Assembly: GCA_015233195.1 (NCBI GenBank)
Contig: JADFYE010000010.1
Location: forward strand, 9,869 to 73,868
DNA: 64,000 nt
Source: Candidatus Omnitrophota bacterium
Lineage (GTDB): Bacteria > Omnitrophota > Gorgyraeia > Zapsychrales > Zapsychraceae
Reading direction: 5' to 3'
Both the position numbers and the translations under genes were made by a program. The notes beneath the pieces are model-generated. The model was not told the DNA's origin, made no database searches, and saw nothing but the letters and a program-made list of their open reading frames with translations. Of this stretch, positions 10,105 to 18,681 are shown one piece after another (positions within the stretch are counted from its first letter, which is position 1; every line of letters begins with the position of its first letter).

Positions 10105-12144
10105 TTACCTTTTTAATTCTTTAGCCTGCTTAATCAACAATTCAAACTCTTGGAGATTATTCGTAAATTTTTCTCCCTCACGCCAAACTTTGATCGCATC
10201 ATCAAAACGATTCATATTACCAAGTAACTTTCCTAATTCCATATACACTCTAAAAAACTTTGGATCAACAGTAATAGCTTTATGATAAAAATCTAAAGCA
10301 TCCACAACATAACCAGACTTAGCCAACAGACTGCCAACTGATGTAAGTACGTCAGCAGAACGAAGCTTACTCAATTGAAGCATAAAACTTTTTGCTTTCT
10401 GACTATATCCATCAACTCTTAAATAACAATCCAATAAATTTATTTTGACTTTATCTTGTGATGGATCAACATCAATAACCACCTCATAAAGCGAGGCTGC
10501 CTCAAAAAAATTTTTTTCATTATAATAAACTTGGGCAAGTAATATTTTAGGTTGAATCCAAAAAGGATTAAAATGAATAGCTTCTAAACAGTATTTTTCC
10601 GCTTTTATCAAATCATTCTTTTTGAAATATAAATATCCTATATTTGTATTAATTATTGAAGACTGGGGATTAACCGCATTTGCTTTTTCAAAAAATTCTC
10701 CAGCCTTATCAAATTCATTCCGTTTAATATTAATCAAACCAAGGTTATTATATACCTGCCAATCAACACGGGAACCGTGTAATGACGCAAAATAAAATTT
10801 TTCTGCGTTTTCTATATCATTTTTATCTTGATATACTAATGCCTTATAAAAATCTATTGAAGCTATATTTTTATCTATATTTTGTGACCAATAATCCAAA
10901 TATCTTAAGGGATCTCCCCAAAAATAATTATTTATATGGGCTGCCCACATAAGGCTAAATATAATTGTTAAAATCAACCCTGAAACAACATATTTATTTG
11001 ATTTTTCAAATAATCCACATAAAAATAATGCCAATAAAAAGAAAAACCCTAACGAATTAAAAATTATCCAATGCGGTTCAATCATTACACCATCAATAGG
11101 ATTATAAAATGCCGGTAGTAAAATTACACAAATACTGAACAAAAAAATAAAACCTGCCCATGCAGCTATAAAGTTTTTACGCTTATAAAACCCAAAACAT
11201 ATTAATACAACCGCAAAAATGAAAATTATAAATAATAAACTTCTTAACTCTAAATAATTTGTTACAGCTCTTGTATTCCAGATAAGTACAATACCTTGAG
11301 GATTACACAACTTACTCAAATACCAAAACCAAACCTTTGATAAAACCGCCACATAAGAAAGAAAACCTATTCCTTGATTAGCAACTTTATCTAACACGCT
11401 TATTTTCAAGTCCGCATAAAAAAATCTAAAAAGAATAAATATTGATAAAACAATCCATAAACCTAAAGTTATTTTAAAAGCACTCCCAAAACTTTTCCTT
11501 CGTACAATGATTAAAAATCCTATAATATAAAATGGTAAGAAATAACTTGTTTCATGACACAAGCATGTAAAAATAAACAAAATTACTCCACAAATATGCC
11601 AAAGCCAAGTATTACTTTTTTCGTCCTTATTCGCAAAACATAACATGGTCAATATCATTAAAATGATTTGAACAGTATACACGTTAGCCGTTAAATAATT
11701 GACCAATAATCCATTTATTGGGTGAATAATAAAAATGATAGCGGTTAAAAACGAAACTACCTTATTTTTACTTAAATAGAACCAAAAATAAAATATAATT
11801 AGTGCACATAACCAGAGCAAAACCATATTAAAAATTCGCAAACTTTCTTTATTCAAATGAAATAATTGGTAAGCTACTGCTGGAGTTAAATGCGCAAGCG
11901 GACGATAATAAACCGCCCTTGACCGATCATCAAGATTCAAATTTTTATTTATATCAGGAATAAACTGTAAATAAAAATTTTGAACATTACGTATCTGATA
12001 ATTATCAGTTATCAGAGTATCATCAATCAAAAACTCATTATGAATACTATTAAAATAAGTAGCAAATACAAATCCCAATAATACCAAAGCTGAATATATT
12101 TTATTTCGAATAATAGCTGATACTAAATTTTGAATAAATATCAT
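10105..12144 (-). CDS. GT-C (PMT/TMTC-like) membrane glycosyltransferase with C-terminal TPR domain, paralog 2
   Basis: Tandem paralog of 8073..10100, sharing 'YFNSI.NEF.IDD', 'HPINGLLVNYLTANV', 'CHETSYFLPFY' and 'EPHW..FNS.GFF'. TPR tail. Confidence 0.7.
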   Translation of the reverse strand: MIFIQNLVSAIIRNKIYSALVLLGFVFATYFNSIHNEFLIDDTLITDNYQIRNVQNFYLQFIPDINKNLNLDDRSRAVYYRPLAHLTPAVAYQLFHLNKESLRIFNMVLLWLCALIIFYFWFYLSKNKVVSFLTAIIFIIHPINGLLVNYLTANVYTVQIILMILTMLCFANKDEKSNTWLWHICGVILFIFTCLCHETSYFLPFYIIGFLIIVRRKSFGSAFKITLGLWIVLSIFILFRFFYADLKISVLDKVANQGIGFLSYVAVLSKVWFWYLSKLCNPQGIVLIWNTRAVTNYLELRSLLFIIFIFAVVLICFGFYKRKNFIAAWAGFIFLFSICVILLPAFYNPIDGVMIEPHWIIFNSLGFFFLLALFLCGLFEKSNKYVVSGLILTIIFSLMWAAHINNYFWGDPLRYLDYWSQNIDKNIASIDFYKALVYQDKNDIENAEKFYFASLHGSRVDWQVYNNLGLINIKRNEFDKAGEFFEKANAVNPQSSIINTNIGYLYFKKNDLIKAEKYCLEAIHFNPFWIQPKILLAQVYYNEKNFFEAASLYEVVIDVDPSQDKVKINLLDCYLRVDGYSQKAKSFMLQLSKLRSADVLTSVGSLLAKSGYVVDALDFYHKAITVDPKFFRVYMELGKLLGNMNRFDDAIKVWREGEKFTNNLQEFELLIKQAKELKR

Positions 12145-12150
12145 ATTAAG

Positions 12151-12501
12151 CTATACCGGAATAGTTCTATAAAAACACGATCTTTGGTTAGTGTGGCATG
12201 CAGCATCAACTTGTTCTACTTTAATTAAAAGACAGTCGCAGTCACAATCAAAACGCACTTCTTTGACATACTGAAAATGTCCGGAAGTCATACCCTTTAC
12301 CCAAAATTCTTGTCTGGATCTCGACCAGTAACAGGCTTTTTTATCCGTTAAAGTTCGGCGCAAAGATTCCTGATTCATCCATGCCATCATCAACACTTCA
12401 TTATTCTGCACATCCTGCACAATAACAGGAATAAGACCATCTTTACCATATTTAAGTTGATCAATATTATTTATAGTAACTTGTATTTCTTCAGGTTTCA
12501 T
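12151..12501 (-). CDS. hisI: phosphoribosyl-AMP cyclohydrolase (no HisE domain)
   Basis: 'GLIPVIVQD', '[10 protein letters not shown]', '[16 protein letters not shown]' and '[13 protein letters not shown]...ACHT'. Confidence 0.92.
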   Translation of the reverse strand: MKPEEIQVTINNIDQLKYGKDGLIPVIVQDVQNNEVLMMAWMNQESLRRTLTDKKACYWSRSRQEFWVKGMTSGHFQYVKEVRFDCDCDCLLIKVEQVDAACHTNQRSCFYRTIPV

Positions 12502-13253
12502 GCGCGTATCCCAATCCCTTCTTTTTTTAAATATTGTTTCACCTGCCCAATCGTTAATTCTCCATAATGAAAAACTGAAGCAGCCAAAGCCGCGTCAGCA
12601 CTAGTAAGTTTAAACACTTGGGCAAAATCATCTAACTTACCTGCCCCGCCTGAAGCGATAACTGGAATATTTACTGCCCGGCAAACTGCGTCAGTTAAAG
12701 CAATATCATACCCATCTTTAGTTCCGTCAGCATCCATACTAGTCAATAAAATCTCACCTGCGCCTAATTCTTCAACCTGCTTTGCCCACATAACCGCGTT
12801 TTTTCCAGTAGGTATGCGACCGCCATTAATAAATACTTCCCATTTATCACCCACCCTTTTGCCGTCTATAGCGACCACAATACACTGACTTCCAAATTTC
12901 TCAGCAGCTTGGCGAACTAATTCAGGATTTTTTATTGCAGCAGAATTGATAGAAACTTTATCAGTTCCCGCATTTAAAAGTCTGCGTATATCTTCAAGTG
13001 TATTTATCCCCCCACCTACAGTGAGCGGCATAAATACTTTTTCTGCAGTACGATTAACCACATCAATAATAATCGAACGTTTTTCATGGCTGGCTGTAAT
13101 ATCCAAGAATACTATCTCATCAGCACCTGCGCGGTCATAACCTTCTGCCACGTCTACAGGATCTCCAGCGTCGCGTAAATTAACAAAATTAACGCCCTTA
13201 ACCACTCGTCCGTCTTTAACATCCAAACATGGAATTATTCTTTTAGTTAACAT
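12498..13253 (-). CDS. hisF: imidazole glycerol phosphate synthase cyclase subunit
   Basis: '[17 protein letters not shown]', '[13 protein letters not shown]' and 'VIASGGAG'. Confidence 0.95.
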   Translation of the reverse strand: MLTKRIIPCLDVKDGRVVKGVNFVNLRDAGDPVDVAEGYDRAGADEIVFLDITASHEKRSIIIDVVNRTAEKVFMPLTVGGGINTLEDIRRLLNAGTDKVSINSAAIKNPELVRQAAEKFGSQCIVVAIDGKRVGDKWEVFINGGRIPTGKNAVMWAKQVEELGAGEILLTSMDADGTKDGYDIALTDAVCRAVNIPVIASGGAGKLDDFAQVFKLTSADAALAASVFHYGELTIGQVKQYLKKEGIGIRA

Positions 13254-13254
13254 A

Positions 13255-14754
13255 TTATTTTAAAATATCAAACAGCCATTCTTGTTTATTATTATGAAGA
13301 TAATTCATAAATTTTTCATCAGTTTTAGTGTCTGTCCACACAATTTTTTTAAACACCTCATCGGATAAAATAAATTTAGCTAGAAAACTTAATTTACGAA
13401 CCGAATATCGCAATACCCTCGCTTCGCCATAAATATTATTATCTTTTATATCTATTGGTATACCTTTATACGCGTGATTAACATAAGCTGAAACATTTTT
13501 ATTTAAACTCACAAATAATATTTGAAGCTCTTTACTTTCTGCATGTATAGCAACGGCATTGTCATATCTATCCAACGCGCCTATTGCAACCATAACAAAA
13601 CACAACATCACAACTACCATTGTTTTAGTTTTTTCTACAAACTGATTTGATTCTTTCAAATATACATCAGCAAAAAACGCGTAACAAACAGCTAATAACA
13701 TAACTGGAAAAACATAATACCTGGGCAACCATAAACGATGTTCTCCCCAAGAAGTTCTAAATATAAATATAATTAGCGTACTGAATAATCCTACAAAGAC
13801 AAAAAACCAAATTTTATTCCAATCAATTTTATTAGAATAATTTTTTATTATAAATATAGCTCCGTAAAAATAACCAAACGAAAAATACTGAAAAGATAAC
13901 AACATTGGGATAACACTAAAAAGAAGAAATCTGCATAAATAATAAAAAGACTGAGAATAATTAGCTATTTTATCTAAAGACCCTCCTCTGCCGATATAGT
14001 GTTCTGAAAAAAATATATTATGCACATTCATAGCATACACCACGATTCCAATCAAAGAACCCATAACATAATATACGAGCAATGACTTATCATTTTTCCT
14101 AACATCTTTCGGAATACAAAGAAAATGAAACGCTATAACATAAAAAATCATAAACATGCCTAACGCGAAAGTAAGCATACTGAGTAAAAATGACAGCATC
14201 CAAACCACACGCCAAATCCAATTAGGACGTAAAGCATTTTTATATTGAGCAAAAAATACTAATAAAACGCCTAATAGACAATATAAAATATGCGCGTCAG
14301 TAAAAATAAAAACCGCTCTATCAAAAAGATTTGAAGCTGCAAATATTGAACATCCCAACAGCGCCCCATTTGATGAAACCTTTAGTAGCTTTAACAAATG
14401 ATATAAAACAACAATTACCCCAATCGTAACCAAAAATGTTAGTAAATGAAAAAATTCAGTGTAAAGCCAAAAATTTTTGTAAGAAAAAAGATATAAATAC
14501 TTCATTATTGGTATTACATGTTCATTGTGCGCGCTGAATATCCACCCCCATTCAGTATTATCCCGTATAGAGCTAACCATTTTGTCTAAATAGTCGATAT
14601 CATCAACCATATAAGGAATATGAATGGCTGGTAAAACTGAGTAAAGGTAAACTGAAGATATAATTAACAACATAAATGTATAAATGCGTTCAGTATTTTG
14701 CTTTGCCATTAAAAATACTAAAACACCAATCAGCGAGAAAACACAAAAATTCAT
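13255..14754 (-). CDS. polytopic membrane protein, GT-C-like (no TPR tail), embedded in the his operon
   Basis: 499 aa with more than 10 hydrophobic segments. Early-loop '[10 protein letters not shown]' acidic motif. 1-nt gaps to both hisA and hisF. Confidence 0.5.
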   Translation of the reverse strand: MNFCVFSLIGVLVFLMAKQNTERIYTFMLLIISSVYLYSVLPAIHIPYMVDDIDYLDKMVSSIRDNTEWGWIFSAHNEHVIPIMKYLYLFSYKNFWLYTEFFHLLTFLVTIGVIVVLYHLLKLLKVSSNGALLGCSIFAASNLFDRAVFIFTDAHILYCLLGVLLVFFAQYKNALRPNWIWRVVWMLSFLLSMLTFALGMFMIFYVIAFHFLCIPKDVRKNDKSLLVYYVMGSLIGIVVYAMNVHNIFFSEHYIGRGGSLDKIANYSQSFYYLCRFLLFSVIPMLLSFQYFSFGYFYGAIFIIKNYSNKIDWNKIWFFVFVGLFSTLIIFIFRTSWGEHRLWLPRYYVFPVMLLAVCYAFFADVYLKESNQFVEKTKTMVVVMLCFVMVAIGALDRYDNAVAIHAESKELQILFVSLNKNVSAYVNHAYKGIPIDIKDNNIYGEARVLRYSVRKLSFLAKFILSDEVFKKIVWTDTKTDEKFMNYLHNNKQEWLFDILK

Positions 14755-14755
14755 A

Positions 14756-15475
14756 TTAAATTTCCTTTAATTTTTTCAAATCAATCTTGCCTTCATAAAT
14801 CGCTTTGCCGGTAATAACCCCGACCACACCTTTTGATTCCAAAGTTTTGATCTGCTTTATATCGTCTATACATGACACCCCACCTGAAGCAATAATATTT
14901 ACTCCTTGCACGCTTTCTGCCAATGCTTTCAAAGCCGCAATGTTCGGACCAGTCAGCATACCGTCACGAGCAATATCAGTAAAAATAATCCATTTAACGC
15001 CTATCGTCTGCAATTTTTTCACAAAATCTGTTGCAATTATATCTGAGGTTTCTGCCCAGCCATGCTTAGCCACCATGCCATTATGACAATCTAAACTGAC
15101 TGCGATTTTGTCGCCCCAAATAGCAATTATCTCCCGTAAAAAATCCAGATCTTGAATAACTTTAGTCCCTAAAATAACCCGGCTAATACCACCGTCAATC
15201 AAACTCTTTATATCATCTTTGGTCCGTATCCCGCCGCCCATCTCAATTGGGATCTTAACTGTCTTTGCAATATCAAGAATGACCTTTTTATTACGCATCA
15301 CTCCGTATTTAGCGCCGTCAAGATCAACTACATGCAGCCACTTGGCGCCTTCTTTTTCCAAATACTGTGCCATAACCAATGGGTCGCGGCTGTATTCAGT
15401 GACCTGGTCGAATTTGCCTTGAGTAAGGCGTACGACTTTGCCGTCTTTAATATCTATCGCTGGGAAAATTATCAT
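14756..15475 (-). CDS. hisA: ProFAR isomerase
   Basis: 'IIFPAIDIKDGKVVRL.QG', 'LHVVDLDGA' and 'IASGGVS' typical of HisA. Confidence 0.93.
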   Translation of the reverse strand: MIIFPAIDIKDGKVVRLTQGKFDQVTEYSRDPLVMAQYLEKEGAKWLHVVDLDGAKYGVMRNKKVILDIAKTVKIPIEMGGGIRTKDDIKSLIDGGISRVILGTKVIQDLDFLREIIAIWGDKIAVSLDCHNGMVAKHGWAETSDIIATDFVKKLQTIGVKWIIFTDIARDGMLTGPNIAALKALAESVQGVNIIASGGVSCIDDIKQIKTLESKGVVGVITGKAIYEGKIDLKKLKEI

Positions 15476-15510
15476 GCATATCCTATCTTATATACATTTT
15501 TCAATTTGAT

Positions 15511-15938
15511 CCCTTCTACCCTTTGGGGAGAAGGTTAGGATGAGGGGATAATTTCTTCAATTTTATTTTCAATAACTTCGTAAACCCCATCCATGTTTAT
15601 CAGAACATCGTTATTTGCAAACCGCAAAATTTTTATGCCTTGAGATTCTAAATATTTACTTCGAGTTTTATCTTTACGCTCACCAATATCTTCATAATGC
15701 TGACCCCCATCTATTTCAATTGCTAATTTAATTGATGGAGCATAAAAATCGATTATGTAATTCCCGATTGAAAATTGTCTCCTAAATTTAATATTTTTAA
15801 TTTGTTGATTTCTAACATACAACCAAATTAATTTTTCAGCGTCTGTTTGCTCTTTACGAAGATCTCGACAATAATCAATATTCGGTCTTTTTGGCATTAC
15901 CCCTCACCCTAACCCTCTCCCCAGAGGCTGGAGAGGGG
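15511..15938 (-). mobile_element. DUF559 endonuclease gene bracketed by inverted ~38-nt hairpin repeats (cassette-like insertion in the his operon)
   Basis: Left arm 15511-15547 is the reverse complement of right arm 15900-15938 at most positions. The gene fills the interval almost exactly. The same repeat occurs solo elsewhere. Confidence 0.45.
15535..15897 (-). CDS. DUF559 (Vsr/restriction-endonuclease-fold) protein
   Basis: 'TDAEKLIW..VRN', 'FRRQFSIGNYIIDFY', 'LAIEIDGGQH' and 'GIKILRFANNDV' match the DUF559 pattern. Confidence 0.85.
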   Translation of the reverse strand: MPKRPNIDYCRDLRKEQTDAEKLIWLYVRNQQIKNIKFRRQFSIGNYIIDFYAPSIKLAIEIDGGQHYEDIGERKDKTRSKYLESQGIKILRFANNDVLINMDGVYEVIENKIEEIIPSS

Positions 15939-15961
15939 ACTTTCCCATCTATCTATACTCT

Positions 15962-16564
15962 CTACTCTATACTAATAAAGTTTTTAATTATTTCCAACCC
16001 TACTTCCTGGCTTTTTTCTGGGTGGAATTGGACTCCAAAAATATTATTCGAACATATCGACGAGCAATAATCTATACCATAATTAGTGGTTGTTGCAATA
16101 ATACTCTGATCCTTAGGTTTTACATAATACGAATGACAAAAATATACATTCGACTGATCTGGAATATTTTTAAAAATAGCGCAATTCTTATTAGAAATAT
16201 TTAACTGATTCCATCCCATTTGCGGCACTTTTAATTTAGTAAATTTTTCAACGCTACCTTTTAATATTCCCAGCCCCTCAACTTTACCGCCTTCATAACC
16301 AACTTCAAACAATATCTGAAATCCCAAGCATATACCAAAAAACGGTTTATTCTCGTTGACCACATTTTTTATCACAGGAATAAGCCCGAGTTCAGTTAAT
16401 TTTTCCATAGCTGGACGCATCGCGCCTACCCCGGGAAGCACGATTTTTTGAGCAGCTTTAATATCACTGGCTTTTTGCGTAACTACAGTTTCTGCTCCGG
16501 CTTTTTCAAAAGCCTTTTGCACGCTGCGTAAATTACCCATGCCATAGTCGATGATTGCAATCAT
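15962..16564 (-). CDS. hisH: imidazole glycerol phosphate synthase glutaminase subunit
   Basis: 'IAIIDYGMGNLRSV', 'LPGVGA', catalytic 'GICLGFQ' and 'FGVQFHPEKS'. Confidence 0.94.
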   Translation of the reverse strand: MIAIIDYGMGNLRSVQKAFEKAGAETVVTQKASDIKAAQKIVLPGVGAMRPAMEKLTELGLIPVIKNVVNENKPFFGICLGFQILFEVGYEGGKVEGLGILKGSVEKFTKLKVPQMGWNQLNISNKNCAIFKNIPDQSNVYFCHSYYVKPKDQSIIATTTNYGIDYCSSICSNNIFGVQFHPEKSQEVGLEIIKNFISIE

Positions 16565-16567
16565 GTG

Positions 16568-17179
16568 TTAATCAATTATACCTTTTGTCGATGGAACAGA
16601 ATCTGGTCTTGCTGGATTGATCCGGGTTGCTTCATGCAAAGCCAAACCCAAGGCTTTAAACGCAGCCTCTAAGTTGGTATGCAGATCTTCGCTAGTTCCC
16701 TCGATCTTTACGTTAACAGTAGCGCCGATATTATGCGCGAAAGATTCAAGGAAATGTTCAAGGTAAGCCATAGTATAGCCATCTTCATTTTTAATATTCA
16801 CTTTATCCATATTTTCAATGGTCAAAGTCAAATAACCCCGACCGCTAATATCAACCACTGCCCGTCCTAAAGTAGACTCCATCGGAGCATATGCAGAACC
16901 AAAACGTTTAATCCCTTGCATTTCACCCAAAGCTTTTTTAAACAATTTGCCTAACACTATACCAATATCTTCATTAGTATGATGGATATCAATTTCCAAA
17001 TCAGCTTTCTTCACTGCCAATTCCAAATCAAAACAAGCATGGAACGCGAACAGATCCAACATATGGTCGAGCAAACCAATATTAGTCTTGATCTTACTCT
17101 TGCCCCGCCCATCAATATTTATTGACGCGGTAATTTCAGTTTCTTTACTTTTTCGCTCCAGCTGCGCTTTTCGTTCCAT
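16568..17179 (-). CDS. hisB: imidazoleglycerol-phosphate dehydratase
   Basis: 'HMLD', 'HHTNEDIGI' and 'HNIGA/HFLESF' IGPD motifs. The track start 17227 is a GTG inside the repeat (translated 'PSPASGERARVRG'). ATG 17179 ('MERKAQLERK') is preferred. Confidence 0.92.
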   Translation of the reverse strand: MERKAQLERKSKETEITASINIDGRGKSKIKTNIGLLDHMLDLFAFHACFDLELAVKKADLEIDIHHTNEDIGIVLGKLFKKALGEMQGIKRFGSAYAPMESTLGRAVVDISGRGYLTLTIENMDKVNIKNEDGYTMAYLEHFLESFAHNIGATVNVKIEGTSEDLHTNLEAAFKALGLALHEATRINPARPDSVPSTKGIID

Positions 17180-17183
17180 ATTT

Positions 17184-17221
17184 CCCCTCACCCTTGCCCT
17201 CTCCCCAGAGGCTGGAGAGGG
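17184..17221. repeat. 38-nt CU/GA hairpin repeat (cccctcaccc..ccctctcc..ggagaggg)
   Basis: One of 7 copies: 15511-15547, 15900-15938, 17184-17221, 21835-21871, 21897-21933, 41684-41722 and 50543-50575. Confidence 0.9.
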
Positions 17222-17246
17222 AATCACTTTAATTTATTATTTAAAA

Positions 17247-17423
17247 ACAAATTTTTAAAAATTAAAAGGCGCAGGTATTTAAGCGGACGTTGATAATTCG
17301 AGCGGGCACGGTTTGGACGAGTTTTATCGTCCAAGAGCGAGAATTATCTTCGAGCGTAGTTTAGTCTCGCAGGGACTAGCAAGCGTTCCGCGAAATACCG
17401 AAGACTTTTATCTAAAAATTTGT
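17247..17423. repeat. ~170-nt branched-hairpin intergenic element, copy 1 (candidate structured RNA or MITE)
   Basis: Terminal inverted repeats acaaattttt/aaaaatttgt. Nested helices aaaag.c/g.ctttt, ggtattt/aaatacc, gcgga/tccgc and gataattc/gaattatc. Two tip hairpins. Confidence 0.85.
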
Positions 17424-17438
17424 TAATTATATCACTTT

Positions 17439-18662
17439 TTACTTAAATCTAACCTTGACCGATTCAGAATGTTTCTCCAATCCTTCCAAACTCGCAATCT
17501 GAATTATAGCATCTTTTACCTTTTCCAAAGCCTTTTTTGAATACGAAATAACATGACTCTTTTTCATAAAATGATCAGTGCCTAGACCAGAAAAATACTT
17601 TGCAGATCCTAAAGTCGGCAGAACATGACTGGGTCCTGCAGCATAATCCCCTAAAGCTGTTGGACTGTACGGTCCCAAAAATATCGCCCCAGCATTTATT
17701 ATACGTTTAGCAATAACATTTGGATTATTAGTCATAATTTCTAAATGTTCAGGCGCTATTTTATTAGCAATATCAGCAGCTTCCTCAATATTTTTCGCTA
17801 ATACACCATATCCAGCCGGCACACGATTACGCATTTGTTTCAATAATTGTTTTGAAGTTGAAATCAAAATTGCTAATCCACCCAAATGCTCTATCTGCCC
17901 TTCCATATCTGCAGCAATAAAATCCGGATTAGAATGACGGTTAGCAATGATCGCTAACTCCGACGGTCCAGCTAACATATCAATATCCACAAACCCAAAA
18001 ACCTGACGTTTCGCTTCAGTAACATACATATTACCCGGACCAACAATTTTATGCACCCTAGGTATAGTCTTAGTACCTAAAGCCAAAGCCGCGATCGCTT
18101 GCGCTCCTCCAACTTTATAAATTTCATTCACCTTTAATAAATTCGCAACAGCCAATACATAAGGATTAACATGACCATTTTTATTCGGTGGAGTCATGAT
18201 AACAATACGTTTAACACCTGCGACTTTAGCTGGGATTACTGTCATATATACCGTCGACACTAACGGAGCAGTGCCTGCTGGAATATAAATACCAACCGCG
18301 TCCAAAGGTAAAATTGTTTCTCTTAATATAACCCCTTCTTCAGCTTTAACAAAACATGGACTCTGTTTATGAGTCTTGTAGAACGTAGTCACGTTCTTAA
18401 TTATCATTTTTAAATTTTCAACAAAATCAGTCGTGATATTCTGGAACGCAGCGCTTATCTCGCTTTCAGGCACCCGCAAATCTTTGGCTGTCAGCTTAAC
18501 TCCGTCGAACTTACGAGTATATTTAATCACCGCGTCATCGCCCTGCAAACGCACATCTTCGATTATTTGACGGACTTTCTCGCCCAAGCTTCTTTTATGT
18601 ACTTGAACATCACGGTTATAAATATCTTGTAAACTTTTTCCGGTTTGAGTCAGAATTTTCAT
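17439..18662 (-). CDS. hisD: histidinol dehydrogenase
   Basis: 407 aa. 'GGAQAIAALA.GT', 'IVGPGN.YV..AK', 'AGPSE' and 'EH' motifs. Confidence 0.93.
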   Translation of the reverse strand: MKILTQTGKSLQDIYNRDVQVHKRSLGEKVRQIIEDVRLQGDDAVIKYTRKFDGVKLTAKDLRVPESEISAAFQNITTDFVENLKMIIKNVTTFYKTHKQSPCFVKAEEGVILRETILPLDAVGIYIPAGTAPLVSTVYMTVIPAKVAGVKRIVIMTPPNKNGHVNPYVLAVANLLKVNEIYKVGGAQAIAALALGTKTIPRVHKIVGPGNMYVTEAKRQVFGFVDIDMLAGPSELAIIANRHSNPDFIAADMEGQIEHLGGLAILISTSKQLLKQMRNRVPAGYGVLAKNIEEAADIANKIAPEHLEIMTNNPNVIAKRIINAGAIFLGPYSPTALGDYAAGPSHVLPTLGSAKYFSGLGTDHFMKKSHVISYSKKALEKVKDAIIQIASLEGLEKHSESVKVRFK

Positions 18663-18681
18663 ATATTTGCTCGTTTAATTT

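Noticed and set aside
16568-17227. N-terminal extensions 'MIPSPASGERARVRGN' (hisB), 'MRGCY' (TPR gene) and 'MWERLGEGNF' (dapB) as real leader or lipoprotein-like peptides.
   Set aside because: Each extension starts at a GTG or TTG inside the hairpin repeat. The canonical N-termini begin at the next ATG, which has the repeat's GAGGGG at SD distance.
17296-17345. Resemblance of 'gagcgggcacgg...gagcgag' to group II intron domain V, or to a small self-cleaving ribozyme core.
   Set aside because: The 5' GAGCGG segment has no complementary 3' partner to form the DV helix. I could not lay out a hammerhead, twister or HDV-type core. There is no reverse transcriptase or intron-encoded protein in the window.
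17264-17409. The ~170-nt structured element as a riboswitch or other cis-regulatory leader.
   Set aside because: The three downstream genes (hisB, a secreted TPR protein and dapB) have no common metabolite or pathway. The element has terminal inverted repeats and behaves like a dispersed repeat.
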